From Balamuthia mandrillaris (Eukaryota), in the NCBI GenBank assembly GCA_031835245.2, contig JAVKOQ020000035.1, forward strand, positions 1 to 64,000: a stretch of 64,000 bases of DNA, in the 5' to 3' direction. The position numbers were made by a program, and so were the translations under genes. Positions within the stretch are counted from its first letter, which is position 1. Each line of letters starts with the position of its first letter. Shown piece by piece: positions 1 through 12,489 of this stretch. The notes under the pieces are model-generated. The model ran no database searches, had not been told where the DNA came from, and saw only the letters and a program-made list of their open reading frames with translations.

Positions 1-169
1 CTCTTCCCTGATTAATTGTTCTAGCTTAAATACTGCCTCTCCTTGCTTCTTCTTCTTTTTCCTCTCGGGACAACTTACAACAAAACACAGATACTTTACT
101 ATCACTTGTATTCTTCACTTTTAGTAAATTAAGTTCGGGTCTTGTACTTACTTTGTCTCTGCCATCATT

Positions 170-1130
170 CCCGTTCTTATTTTACAACAAAAGGACCGAG
201 GTATTTCAGATCAGTTTTGGATTCAGAACCAGAATTCACAAGCATGACTGTGTCACTAGGAGCAAATGAAACAAGAGGAGCATTCTTGTTGAAGCAATCA
301 GCTACCTGGTGATTATGGTTTTCTGTAGCAGTTACAGAGAAGGACCAAACAAGTGAATGAAGATCTTCAACTTGTTTATATCATACTTCAAGAGAAAGCA
401 GAGTAGAAGGAGATGATGAAATGTTCTCAGGTAGATTGGCAGGCCAACTGAAGAAGAGTTCAAACAGAGAAGAGTTGTGGCAAGAAGAGGTGCGATCGTT
501 AAGACCTTTCTGCATAGCCAGAAGAAATGTAGACCAGTGGTTCCAATCACCATTGGCAAGCTTGAAGAGCAGTGATTTCATGAGCTTAACATGACTCTCA
601 GCGGCTCTGTTAGCACAAGGATGGTAGGATGAGATGAAGTGATGATCAAAACCAGCGAGTTCTTTAAAGGAAGAAAGAATGTTGTTAACAAACTCAGTGC
701 CATTGTTGGATTGGATGATCTTTGGAAAGCCAAAGTTGCAAATACTCTGGTAGAAGGCACGAGCAATGGAAAGAGCCGATTTGTTGAGAAGGGGTCGGAG
801 CACGGTGAAGCGAGTAGCAATGTCAACAAGAACCATAACATAGGAGAAACCATTCTCATTAATAGGAAGAGGACCAAAGAGATCCAACGCAATATGTTTG
901 AAAGGAAAGGTCGCAGAGATCATTCAAAGAGGGTAGAAGCCATGATGAACTACGTTGAAGCGTCGACAAGCGCCACAAGAACAAGCAACAAGGTGCCAAT
1001 CAGCGCGAAGAGAAGGCCAGAAGTAACCTTGTCTCCCAATTCGTCCAAAGAGGTGGTCAGCGCCTTCATGAGAAGCAGAGTGAAACTTCTCCAGAAGTGC
1101 GAGTTGTTGTTCTCAAGGAGGAGCTAACTT
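170..1130 (-). pseudogene. Ty3/Gypsy LTR-retrotransposon integrase remnant (Zn-finger part, rve core, GPY/F tail)
   Basis: ORF 381..923 reads FPFKHIALDLFGPLP...YVMVLVDIATRF...FGFPKIIQSNNGTEF...SYHPCANRAAE (rve core). Upstream YFWPSLRADWHLVCSCGAC is separated by a stop; downstream KYLGPFVVK is in another frame. Stops and frameshifts indicate decay. Confidence 0.9.
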
Positions 1131-1155
1131 GTTGTCAAGCTTCTATTGATGCTCT

Positions 1156-1555
1156 TGTTAGACAAAGAGAATAGAACCAAGAAAAGAAACAACAGAGTGA
1201 TGAGAGCCCAATGTAATTTAATGCATGAAAGAGAAAAGATAAGAATGTGATTGTGTGTGTGTTTGTCCTCTGTTTGTGAACTGCAACCTTGAGTGAAGAA
1301 AATGGAAGAAGAACCAATTTATAGTTAGGAAGGGAACCTTAAGGGCCAGAGATCGAGGGTTCATCAGCGGAATTGCCAATTCTCAATTTCTGAGCTTGAA
1401 GAAACTTCAGGGAAAAAGACTGGAAACAACGAGTTGATCTTTGGTGTTGACAAGATTTGATTGAAGAGGTGATGTCAGCTGTCAGCAGAAAAAGACTGAA
1501 GAGAAAGAAAGAAGAATGAGAAGAAAAGAGTTGGTTATGTTGGCAGTTGCCAACA
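1156..1555 (-). mobile_element. LTR-like unit (~400 bp, minus strand)
   Basis: On the minus strand it starts TGTTGGCAACTGCCAACATAACCAACTCTTT and ends ...CTTGGTTCTATTCTCTTTGTCTAACA (TG...CA ends). It has an internal AACTATAAAT TATA-like site and ATTAAA, and resembles 1608-1994. Confidence 0.7.
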
Positions 1556-1607
1556 GAAGCATATGCGTAAAAAAGGTAAAATCACCTCTTCACAGAGGAG
1601 AAAGTGA

Positions 1608-1994
1608 TGTTGGCAACTGCCAACATAACCAACTCTTTCTTTGTTCCTTTCTTCATTCCTTTCTTCTTTTCTGTCAACAATCTCATATTAGCTATCATCA
1701 ATCTTTTATGTTGACACTGAGCCATTCTGAAGATCTTTTTCCTGCCTTCCTTGGAACTTTCCTGAGCCTAGAACTTAAGAACAAAGAAACCAAGAAGTCA
1801 CTTCCCAACCCTGAGCCTCTTTCCTTCCTTGTTTGCCTTCTCAACTATATATACTTTTCCCACAACCAAGAACAAATGAATGAATAAAGAAACAACACAC
1901 TCACAAACACACTTGTTCTCTTCTTCTCATTAAATACATTTGGCTCCTGTCTTTCTCTTTGTTTCTGTCTTGGTTCTATGCTCAGGTTCTAACA
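1608..1994 (+). mobile_element. LTR-like unit (~387 bp) preceded by a polypurine tract
   Basis: Starts TGTTGGCAACTGCCAACATAACCAACTCTTT (31 nt identical to the minus copy) and ends CTTGGTTCTATGCTCAGGTTCTAACA. Purine run AGAGGAGAAAGTGA lies immediately 5' (PPT-like). Confidence 0.7.
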
Positions 1995-2234
1995 GGCTTA
2001 TTGCAGGTTTTATTGAATATGGAGTTGGATTCCAACTCATGGCTTGAGCTGCTGCATAATGATGATGAATTTTCATGGATTATCAAAGCCATTGAAGGCA
2101 ATGAGGAGGCATGTTAACATATGACGCCCTGTCAGTTGGTGCTCATGAAGCAGTGCTTTCTTCAAGATAGACATTTTTTACATGCAATCTAGCCTGATAA
2201 AGCCAAGGTCAAACAAGCTACCATCCAACAAATC

Positions 2235-2417
2235 ATGCCCAAGGAGCTTAGGAACAAGATACTTCATCAGTTCCATGATGTTCCTATGGGTGGGCATTTT
2301 GGCCTTACAATGATGTATTCCCACCTCATCATGCAGTACTGGTGGCCTGGAATTCACAAAGATGTGAAACATTGGGTCAAGGACTGTGTTGAATGCCAGG
2401 AGGCGAAGGCTCTGTAA
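2235..2417 (+). pseudogene. Gypsy integrase zinc-binding (HHCC) domain fragment
   Basis: LRNKILHQFHDVPMGGHFG...YWWPGIHKDVKHWVKDCVECQ is a classic H-H-C-C motif. It stops right after, with no intact rve core. Confidence 0.85.
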
Positions 2418-3742
2418 AAGAAAGCTGACAAGTCATTGGGTCACATTATTGCAAACGAGCCAAGCATGTCACCAATGCCTTTAGTAATTTTTTGAGTTTA
2501 TTCACAAGAAAAGAGGTGTGGACCAAAGTGTGTGCTTTGAGTGTGTGGTGAGGAAAAAGGGAAAATAAAAAGGGGCGAGAATTTGGGGTATCCAGGGAAA
2601 GTGTTAATAGGAAGTCATAAAGACGTTAATTGTTGGTTTTCAACAAACTTTCACAACTCTTAGGAGTTTGAACATAATGTTATCAACTCTCCAGACCTGG
2701 TCCAGGCATATTGATTATTGGCCTGATAGTCAATCATAGATCAACTTGGCCTTATCACAGATGTTTATGCTCCCAAACTCGTCAAATGTTATTGGGACCT
2801 CCTTCACCTTCCACTTCTTCTTAAAATACTTATCTCAAGACTCCTCATGTTGGATTCATTCTGGACTCTTAGCTCTCCTTTCTTTTATGTTTTCCATCCT
2901 TCCTTTCTCCCTTTTTCCCTTTCTCTTGATGAGTTTCTTATGTGCCATCCCTTTCTTGATCCACAGGGTTTATTCCTCATTAACATTTTTTTAAGCAAAC
3001 TCTTGGTGAGGATACACCTCTTTTCTTGTGAATAAACCCAGAGTCGCATATGTGCTGTTCCTTTCTTGATTCACAGGGTTTATCTCCTATCAACATTTGG
3101 TCCACATCAATGCTGTTGACAGAAAGGAAAGAAAGGGAAAGGGACAACACTGTTGACTTGTTCTTCTGCAAGCTCTGCCAAGTTCAATTTCATCTTAATT
3201 ATCAACAAGAAAAGTGAAATACTCCTCCTTGTGTATTACTTGTTCCCCTTTGAGAAAAAAATGACTCCTTCATTCTACTGTCTACCTTGCTGTGCTACAG
3301 GAATTAGTTGAGGCCATTGTAATGAACTAATGTATTTCACTTTTCTTGTTGATGATAAAAGAGATTCAGCCATGGTTACAACAGAATGCCTTGCTTGCTT
3401 TGTTCATGCATTTGTGCAGCTGAATGGCCAGGCCTTCTCTCATTTTACCAAAGATGATTTACAAGAAGTATTTGGCTATTCAGCTGGGAGCGCCATTGAA
3501 CACACTTTCCAGGAGTTGGCAATTTTCTCTGTGGTGTTAAAGGTTTTGTAAGAGTGGTTGAGCACCTGGTTTTGGTGTTGAATGTCTCATAGAGAGTGTT
3601 GGAGCATTCATGATTAATCAATGTACATGAAATTATGGTTCACTTTGTTTATTCAAAAAAATGTTGATTAAGCCCAACTTAACAAAAGAAAGGGACACTT
3701 CAACACGATCTACAGCAAAAGCGTTCAAGTTTTATAGCACTT

Positions 3743-6286
3743 TCACCCAGAGAAATCACAGTACATGCCAAGACCAATGGAGCAATCAAACTGCTTGATA
3801 TCATCCAGCCAAACCTGATACATCTCCTTGCGCCCCAACACTGTCACATTGTTGTCCTTAAAGCACATATTGGCCTTATCTTTGAGAGTGCGTGTTGTGA
3901 TGAGGTAATGCTCAATGATTGGTTCTGGGCACTCAGGAATCACTTCAAGTATCTTGCGCACTACCACGTCGCCCTTCTGCAGCTTGCTCACTATCTCATT
4001 TGCAGCTTTCTCATCAATCTCCGATTTTCCAAGCTTAATTTGGAATCGTTTCACGCATAACGATGTGGTCTCTTTGGTGAAGAGGATTGCATCTGTAAAA
4101 CAAATGCAGACTAACATCAGCAAAGGCAGGAAAGAGAACAGGAAACAGAAATAGAAGCACCTGCTCCGTGTATGTCAGGGTGCTCTTTAAAGAACTCGTT
4201 CTGTGGCAACGTGGATTGCAGGCGTTTGAGCTTCTCACGCGTCTTGGAGACTATCCGTGAGGTACCCTCCATCAAGAGCTTTTCGCTGCCACAGACCACC
4301 ATGTCCTTGGAAGAGAGATGCTGCAGTATCTTGCTCCTGTTCTTATTTATACATGGCAACATAGAGAAGCGTCGCCCGCCATGTTTGGTGGCTGGCAAAC
4401 CAGCTTTTTGGCAGTTGTGGGAAAGTGACTTGAGCACAAGGTCCTCGGCGTCAATGCCAAGCTGCCCGTACGGATAGCGTAGGCATATGCAGCAGTAAGC
4501 GTCAAGAGACACTTTTTCCATTCGAGCCTTGTCATAATGTGCAAAGGATAGTGAATTAGATAGAAACTACTGGTGGATGGATTGTAGAAAAGTGGGCACT
4601 AACCCTGCATAAGTCCTCCTGTATACCTGTTTCGAATGTGACTCGCAGACCAGCCTTGGTCGAATCCACAAAGAGAAGATTCTTGTCACCGAGCTCGTAG
4701 ATGTGGTGCTCTGTGAGGCCAGCCTCAGCGAGATCCTTGGCTTCTAGCCAGACTTCTGCCCAGAACGACTTGTCGGCGGTGTCTTTGTTCTCACGGACAG
4801 CGGCACAGATGGCATCCTTCTTTTCCACAAGCTTCTTCATCACCACCACGAATTGCTTATCAGATGTCCATTGCTCGCCAAACTCGCGAACGATACGTCT
4901 GACAAGTGCCGAGTAGGCAGCAGACCCATCCGAGTCGTTGTCGTTGTCGAAACTCTCCTTGAGATACCTGAATTTGCCCCCCGTGATGGCGTAGAGCTGC
5001 ATGCACCGGCGTTCGTCACTGAGGCACTGCTCGATCTTGGTGAGGTCCCGTTCATTAAAGAACTGGTGATCTTTGTGTCCTTGCTTCGCCGCCTGGAGGA
5101 TGTGTTTGAGTACGGATTGAAATTGTTCCTTGCTGCGGGCGGGCTTCATGCGCAGATCTGTGTAGCGTCCTGAGTTGAGGCTAACCCCATTGTAGGAAGG
5201 ATAATTCGCACGAGTGTCGCCATCGATATGTGCATAACACAAGTTGAACAGGGCTGCGCTACTGCCAGACAGCACGGCAGAAACTCGACCCTCGGTCGCC
5301 ATTCCGATGGAGTGAAAGTGCGCCACGACGTCGCCAAGGTTCTCCACAGAGTAGACCTTATTGAATTCATCCGCGATGATCAGGAATCGTTGCTCGGACG
5401 CCAGTAGCCTGTTGTAGGTGTGGTGCCACTCCCACCTCTCGCCAGGGAGGAAGTCGGACGAGTTTGCCAACGCACTCGCGTCGCCCTTCGAACAGAGGTA
5501 GGCGTAATAGAGCATCTTTGCTGGTGAGATGGGCGACTTGCTGTGCACCACCGGCGCATAGTTGATGTAGACAACCGTCAGACCTGGATAAAGCAGGGCC
5601 GCAGCAATGGCAAGGGCCTGCATGAACGCAGACTTGCCGGTTCCCTTTGGACCCAAGAGTATTCGTCCGGTGCGCCCGTTACCGTTGGCCTTGCCTGAGT
5701 GGAGTTGCCCTACGAGTTGAGCCAAGTCGTTCAAGGCTTCTTCACGATGGTCAAGGTCGAGCATGGGCAGACCAAAACGACCGCAGTCCACCTCAGCATC
5801 GGCGAGAACCTCGAAAACTTCACGCAAGGCCTCCACCGGGTGGGTCTTGATGTACTCATCCTCAGGGAACTGCTCTTTGGCTGACTGGGGCAGGGTCTGA
5901 AGGAGCTGCGGGGTGATCACGAAGTAGTTTCGACTACCGAGGGAGAAGATTTGCTGGTTGTCGTCCAAGGAGTCTGCCCAGAACTTGTAATTCTCTGTGT
6001 GTTCCCTCAGCTGCCGGAGGGCGGACTAGGTTTTTTCCAATGGATTACATACAGTGCCATAATCATTTTTTTTTTTGGGGAAAGAGGAGAAGGGGAGATA
6101 GCTTACCTGCGTGTTGAAGTCCCCGCCTGCTATTTGCGCCAACGCTTCGTCGTTGTGGCGCATAAGCTGACCAAAGGTCATGTTGCGAAGAGTGACATCC
6201 TGTATTTCTAGGGCATCGCAGAAGTTGGTAATCTTATACTCTTGCCACTTCATCTTTGTCGCCGACCCTGGTGCCTCATCCGCCAT
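3743..6286 (-). CDS. Crinkler/RHS-type protein: small N-terminal header + P-loop NTPase + C-terminal PD-(D/E)XK-like nuclease (4 exons)
   Basis: Exon 1 (6286-6107) splices in frame to the 470-aa ORF with Walker A LLGPKGTGKS and Walker B LIIADEF. Later exons give E..HPDIHGADAILF...RFQIKLG (D...QxK REase-like motif). GT-AG introns at ~6106-6026, ~4602-4530 and ~4160-4095. Confidence 0.7.
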
Positions 6287-7489
6287 TTTTGGTGTGGGGG
6301 GGGGGAGGGTGTGACTTTGCTGTGGCGTGCAAAAAAAGATAACGACGAAGTTAAAGTGCTGCTGGTTTGGTTTACTTTTTGGCGCCAAACTCACAACCAG
6401 GCGTATCGGTCGACACAAATCAAATAAGGAAAATGTAATATCTAGCGAACTTGATAATAGGGTGGGGTCAAGTCCAATTACTTTTATTGGAAAATAAAAA
6501 TAAAGGCCGTCAGCAAAGAACGCTTTCTTCCTTTGTTACCACGAAACCAAGCTTTTGGAACCAAAAGGGGGCCAACATAAACGGACCGTGGCGCAGAGCA
6601 AGCGTTTGCTGGAGGAACTTAGTGGAGGTTTGTTCTACCTGCAATGCCTACACCCCGTTGCTTCATTGTGCAGCTGTTTACCACTTTATGTTAACCAAAT
6701 CCATCTATCCATCCATCCACACAACCGGATGAAGACCAGGTTGGAAAACTGCTGAGCGAGCTTCTTCAGAGCAACTGGGGCCGCCCAATTTTGCAGGAGA
6801 TGGAAGAAAACGCCCTCCGTCCCATTTCTCAAGCCGTTCAACTCGGTTACAAGGCTTCTAAAAGGCGGCAACGGTCCCAGTGGTTGTCTGCCCTGCGCAG
6901 TGCTACCTTTGTCTCTGCCAAGGAATGGCGAAGCCTTGGGGCTGACTTTACAAGCAAGGCATGGTATGTTCTCTTTTGCTCACTATGGAGTTCTTGTTCC
7001 TTACACCGTTCGTTGCTCACTACATGTTGCTGTTGTCGTCGTCATCGCTGTGATTTCATTGCCATCGCCACCGCTATCGCTGTCACCATAACGCTCTCTC
7101 GCCCACTCGCTCTCTCTCTCTCACTCTCTCACTCTCTCTCCCTCACTCTCTCACTCACTCTCTCTCACTCTCCCTCTCTACTCTCTCTTTGAAACTTATT
7201 TATTTCCTAGCTGACAACAAAACGGTAACGCTCAAAAGAAAACAAAAAGCGCAGCCTGCTGAAGTTGTTCCCCTCCGTTATTGGAATAAGAGCATCACCG
7301 CTGTCTGGTAGTCCTTCCGAAAGGTCTTTCCTGAGATGGACATTAGCCTAAAAACCTTTCGACAGTATGCTCCTCCGCAAATCAAACGCTGCAAAAAGAG
7401 GTTTGTGTGGCATGTGGTACTCGGAAGTTCTTCCTTCAAAAGGCCATTGTGGATCGTATCAAGGCTTGAAGAAAACAGCCGCATTCCTC

Positions 7490-8620
7490 AAGGTCCTTCC
7501 TGCCCGCTTCCTGAGGGTACAATCCGTTTGGAAACCGGAGATCACCTTCCAATATTCAAGCACCAGTATCCTATTCCGGAAGTCTGGTGCTCCTCCATCA
7601 ACGAGCAATTTGAAGTGAATGGTACCATCACCAGGTTCTTGTGGATGCGCCCATGGACTCACCGTGGAATTCGCCCATTCTTTGCGTGCCAAAGAAGGAT
7701 GCCAACGGCAATTGGACTTCAGCCCGTACCTGCATTGATCCTCGATCGATCAACTCAATCATTATGGCTATCCACTTCCACATTCCTGATATCCTTGCAG
7801 TTGTAGAGTACGTCCTTGGCTTCCGTATCGCCAGCTCGCTAGATTTGGTGTGGAGCTTCATGCAGATTCTAATCTTTGCGCCTCATCAGATCAAGCTCAC
7901 CTTTACCTGGCGTGGACGCCGCTACTGCTATCGTGGAGCTCCCTTTGGGGTGAAGATTGTTCCGGCCGCTATGCAGCGTCTCCTTGCTGCCGTGCTCAAG
8001 GATCTCGCTGACTGCGCCGCACACTACATTGACGATTGCCTCGTCTTTACCCGCTCTGCCTCTATTGATGAGCATGTTGAAAAGCTTCGCTTGGTTTTAC
8101 GTGCCATCAACAACGCTAGTCTCCGTCTCCGTTTCGAGAAGTGCCATTTTGGCTTTTCACGGCTCCGACTGGTTGGATATATTGTCTCCAGCGAAGGCTA
8201 TGCTGATCTGGACGAGCTTTCTGCCTTCAACAGCCTTCCTGTGCCTACTACCGGCAACTTCAGTCTTATCTGGGCTTTGTCAACTTCCTGCGCAGCTTTG
8301 TGCCCTTATATTCTCGCCTAACGGCCCCGTTGGACGCCCTCCGCAACATTCCAGATGTGCAACCCTTTTGGAATAAGAACTACGATGAAGCTATCAGTTC
8401 CCTTCGCCGTATCCTCAGCTCCCTCTGGTTCTGAGCAAGCCGGACCCCAGTCTTCCCTTCCTTGTTGGTACTGATGCTTCTCAATATGGCGTTGGTTCTC
8501 AGGAATCTGTGATGGTATTCGCCGTTATATTGCCTTTGCCAGTCGCGCCCTCAACTCTGCTCAACGCAACTATCCGGCTATGAAACGAGAGCTTCTTGCT
8601 GTGGTCTTTGCCCTCCACCA
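7490..8620 (+). pseudogene. Ty3/Gypsy pol remnant: reverse transcriptase + RNase H
   Basis: SPWNSPILCVPKKD...RTCIDPRSIN...SSLDL...APFG...HYIDDCLVF...EKCHF, then RNase H GTDASQYGVG...SRALNSAQRNYPAMKRELLAV. Multiple frameshifts. Confidence 0.9.
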
Positions 8621-8763
8621 GTTCCGTTGCTTCTTCTTCTTTTCTTCTCAGGACAACTTACAATACAGTTATTAGCTTGTGTGATAAGGCCTGTAGGAAA
8701 ACAACCTAATAAACACCAATTCAATGGGCATAGAAAGAAAGAAACAAAAGAAAAGGAAACCAT

Positions 8764-10698
8764 TTATTTTCTTTTTATAACTTTAGTTGCATTTTTTATA
8801 ATATTAGAAATATGTAATGTGTTTTTTGTACTGTCCATGTGTTGAGAAAGTGGTTTTAAGTTCAATGCTTTGCAAATTGGATTGCAAACATGAAGGGAAA
8901 GCCATGTATCAATGCCTTCCTCTCCCAAATTACCAGCTCCAAAACTGTTCCCAGAAAACAATGTCCATGTCCATGGCTTCCATACTTTATGTTTACTATG
9001 GATTTGTGGGTCTGTTAGATAATATGTATCACCATCCAACACACCTGCATAACAACAAAAGAAAAATAAAAAAATTCAGTTAGTCATCTTTTGAAGTTAC
9101 CAAAAGTGTAGAAGCAAACCTTGTAAATCAACTGGTATTTTGTGCTTTCCTTTCTTTTCATAGATGTAATGAGTAAAGGCATGAGGAGTGTTGTTGGCTA
9201 GATTCATGTATGCGCTGTTATTACTCCATTTTTGATAGTTCCCAATCAAAAAAGGCTCTATAAAGTAATATGTGTCCTTATTTGCTTCTAAAGCACTTTT
9301 CTTGCTATTATGCTTGTCACGCTTTTGTTCATTCATCGCTGTTGTGAAAATTGAAAGCAACGTGGATGTTGCAATGCTTATCAACTCATTCACATTGGCA
9401 ACGCCATTGTTTTTTACTCTCATGACGGCAGACGGAAGGTACTTAATCTTTTTAGCGGTTCCTTTTTTGCTAACTGCTGCATTGAACTTTTCAGCCCACT
9501 CCATGCATAGCTTTTGGGTGGCAAAGTCGGCTTCACAGTTGGTTTTGGTTTGTTCATCAAGGAACTGGTATTGCTTTGCCACAAAGAGGCCATTGCCGTG
9601 GCGTATATGCTCATTAATCCATGGAATGTCCTCTCCACCCTTTCATAAAGGCTTAGTATGAATGAAACAAAAAAAAGGACACAAACAAAACGACACAAGG
9701 TAAAAACAAGAAAGAAAGGAGAAAAGGTAAACGAAGAGAAAAGAGAGAATAAGAACCTCTAAAAATTGGAGAAGGAATGCACTGCGCATTGCGCCTTGAG
9801 CAAAGAACATCCAACCTAATTTCACTTTGCATTTGACGTTTTCACTTCCTGTCTGTCGTCCCACCCAATCCGTTATTTCGCCTATTATTATGGAAAAAAG
9901 ACGTAAACAAAAAGAGAATGGCCTGAACTAGAGACAAGAAGGGAGGGGAAATAGTGACTACATGCCTTGTTGAATAGAGCCAAGGAAGTACTTGTTTTGA
10001 AGATTGTACAACAGATAGCCGACAAAAGAAAGATAAAAAGCAAATGCAAATATAGTTACATGATCAAGCAGCCACAGTGGCAAAAGGAAGAACGTGCCAA
10101 TGGCTATCCCAATGTACAATTCTTCCTCCTTTCGCTTCTGGTGTCGCAAGAACTGAAGCAGATATTCTACCGCCAATATCAAAACCACTGGCGTCACAAG
10201 ACAGGAAGCGTTAAAACAATGAAAGAGAGAAAGGTTGACCAAAGATGGAGATCCGCGGAAGAGCATACTACAAACCTTTGTTGAATGGTCCAGCGGGAAA
10301 AGGGAGACACATCCACAACAGGGCACGGTCGTAAATGGAGGCTTGCACCACGTTGGGCACTACCTGCAGGGTTTGAACGAAAATGTCAACAGAGCGAAAA
10401 CCAAACAAACTATCCTTAAGAACAGTTCATTTTTGACCTGAATAAGAACGAGAAGGAGAGCTGCCATGCAATGGAGAAAAGGGAGCGACAAGAAAGGGAT
10501 GGCTTTGAGAATGTAAAAGAGGACGAGCAGCTGCATGCCCCAATACCCAACCACCAACGCTTCCCTGTTTCTTGCTAGTTCTCTGGAAGCCTCCGCCAGA
10601 AACAGCGTTAACAGGACCGGAACTTTAGGGAGCAGTACCATGTACACAAAATGCGTCCACGACAGCGCAACTCCTTCATCGGACCCGCCACCCCACAT
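8764..10698 (-). CDS. Alpha-kinase (eEF2K/MHCK family), probably with an N-terminal multi-pass membrane region
   Basis: FFAQGAMRSAF, VAKQY, YFIEPFL, KWSNNS, PHAFTHY, VDLQG, LTDPQIHS, GNLG and HVCNPIC are all alpha-kinase motifs. Hydrophobic exons at 10698-9966 join in frame if a GC-AG intron (9965-9882) is used. Kinase call is firm; the fusion is less certain. Confidence 0.8.
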
Positions 10699-10854
10699 CT
10701 TCCTTCTTCCCTTCTTTCTTTCCCTGCGTTACTTTCCTTCCGGGAACGAAAAATGTGGCGATGTTTGATTTGTGATTAGCCAAAAGTTAATTTGCATCGA
10801 TTGATTCTTTGATAGCCCTCCTCCTAAAGGCCATACATCACTTTATCGGTGAGG

Positions 10855-11793
10855 TTAGTCCAAGGGGCCGAGGGTGAGGATCGAAAAGTGAGAGGACTGC
10901 TCCTCGTTGGCATTGGCAAAATAGTAGTTCTTGATGTAGTTGACGGCATCGGACAAGAACGACTCGGAGGTGGTAGGTCCGTGGTTAATGGGGAAGGCCT
11001 TGCCTCCATCCAATTCATACAAATGGCCGTCCACTGCTGTGAAACAGATAAAGTGATAGTCCACACTGGTTTGTGCTGTAGGAGCCTGCAAAGCAACCAT
11101 CAGAACACGCAACAAAACACGCAACGAAGAATGAATGGCGATTTCACCTCGGTTTGGCCAGACTCTGCAACCTCAGCATGAACTTCTTCCAAAGCGGTGT
11201 CCTCCCCAAGAGCTTCACCACGCGGCAAAGGCTCCATGTCCTTTGTCTTTTCGTAAAAGCCTTTGATAAATCCCTCCTCTACAAATATTAAACGACGAGA
11301 GAGAGAGAGAGAGAAGAAGAAGAAAGAAAGAAAGAAAGAAAGCAACGACAAGAAAGAAAGAGAGATACATAAGATATCATTACAACAGAAATATGAGAGA
11401 CAAGAACAGAATTGTAGAACGGACCTAACTGGATGTGCTGTAGGTTGTTATAAATGGCATGAATGACAGCAATAGTTCCTGCATTTCATATTTTGATGTA
11501 AGAAAAACCTGAAAGTAAAGAGAGCGAGACTTAATAATAGAAACGTACCACAAGCATTACCAACGAGCTGCTTCATATAATAAACTTTAGGGCTAACGAC
11601 CTGTCCTTCTTTCTCGATCTTTTCCTTCTGTTGCCTTTTCAGCTCCTTCTCGTTGACGAGGCTTGGGTACAGGAGCAGCACAGCCAAGCATGGCTGCGGC
11701 ACCATCGCCAATAGTTCAGGATCAGTGCCGTAACAGTCGCCAAAACCCCATTCTTTGGAGACACCGGCTTTGTGGATGAACTGTTTTTGAGAG

Positions 11794-11830
<37 letters not shown>

Positions 11831-11966
11831 GGAAAGGTGGGTGGTCAGTGCTGTGAAACATGTTCACCAGAAAGGAGCCGGGCCAAAACGAACGAACCGA
11901 ATTCATCACGTCAGGGTTACTTTCCAAGGGAATCCATCGTGGTCCTTTCTTGCCTTCCGCTGCCAT
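10855..11966 (-). CDS. Ubiquitin C-terminal hydrolase, peptidase C12 (UCH-L1/L3-like)
   Basis: WIPLESNPDVMN, KQLVGNACGT (catalytic Cys), YHFICF (His), HLYELDG (Asp). Multi-exon. Confidence 0.93.
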
Positions 11967-12262
11967 TTCTCCTGCGCGTCGTTTCTCCTTCTCGTTTCTT
12001 CTTCTTCTTCTTCTTCTTCTTCTTCTTCTTCTTCTTCTTCTTCTTCTGCTTTATTGTTTTGTTTCTCACAGAAGAACGTTTCGTGGAAAAAATGTTTGTT
12101 TTTGTTTCGCTGAATTTTTCTTTGTCGATAAACTACAACAAAAATTTTGCAAGAGGTATTTCTGCAGACAGTGGAGGATATGTGAGCAATGTTGGTGGTG
12201 GCCGCAATTATCGATAAAAAACAGGTTTCGTTTTTTATTTTTTGTCACGATTGCAAAGTCTT

Positions 12263-12449
12263 TCACTGGGAGAGGTGGTCATAGTTCTGCGCAAGGCTTC
12301 TGCCCAGCTGTTGTTGCAAATCGATGTTGTAAGGGATGCTCCCAGAGGTGAACACACAAAGGAAGCGAGTGGTCACTAGGTCCTCGTTTGGCACCACGTA
12401 GTGCGGATTTGGCTGTCCCGACAAAATTGGATGCTTGGCAACTTGGGAG

Positions 12450-12489
<40 letters not shown>

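Noticed and set aside
1..167. Possible 3' end of another LTR truncating the integrase
   Set aside because: Cut by the window edge, with no second copy to confirm it.
6730..7480. Coding-like fragments upstream of the RT remnant
   Set aside because: No recognisable motif; they cannot be assigned as gag/protease or a host gene.
170..8620. A single intact LTR retrotransposon spanning the region
   Set aside because: The fragments are on opposite strands, out of order and frameshifted, and the LTR-like units are inverted rather than direct.
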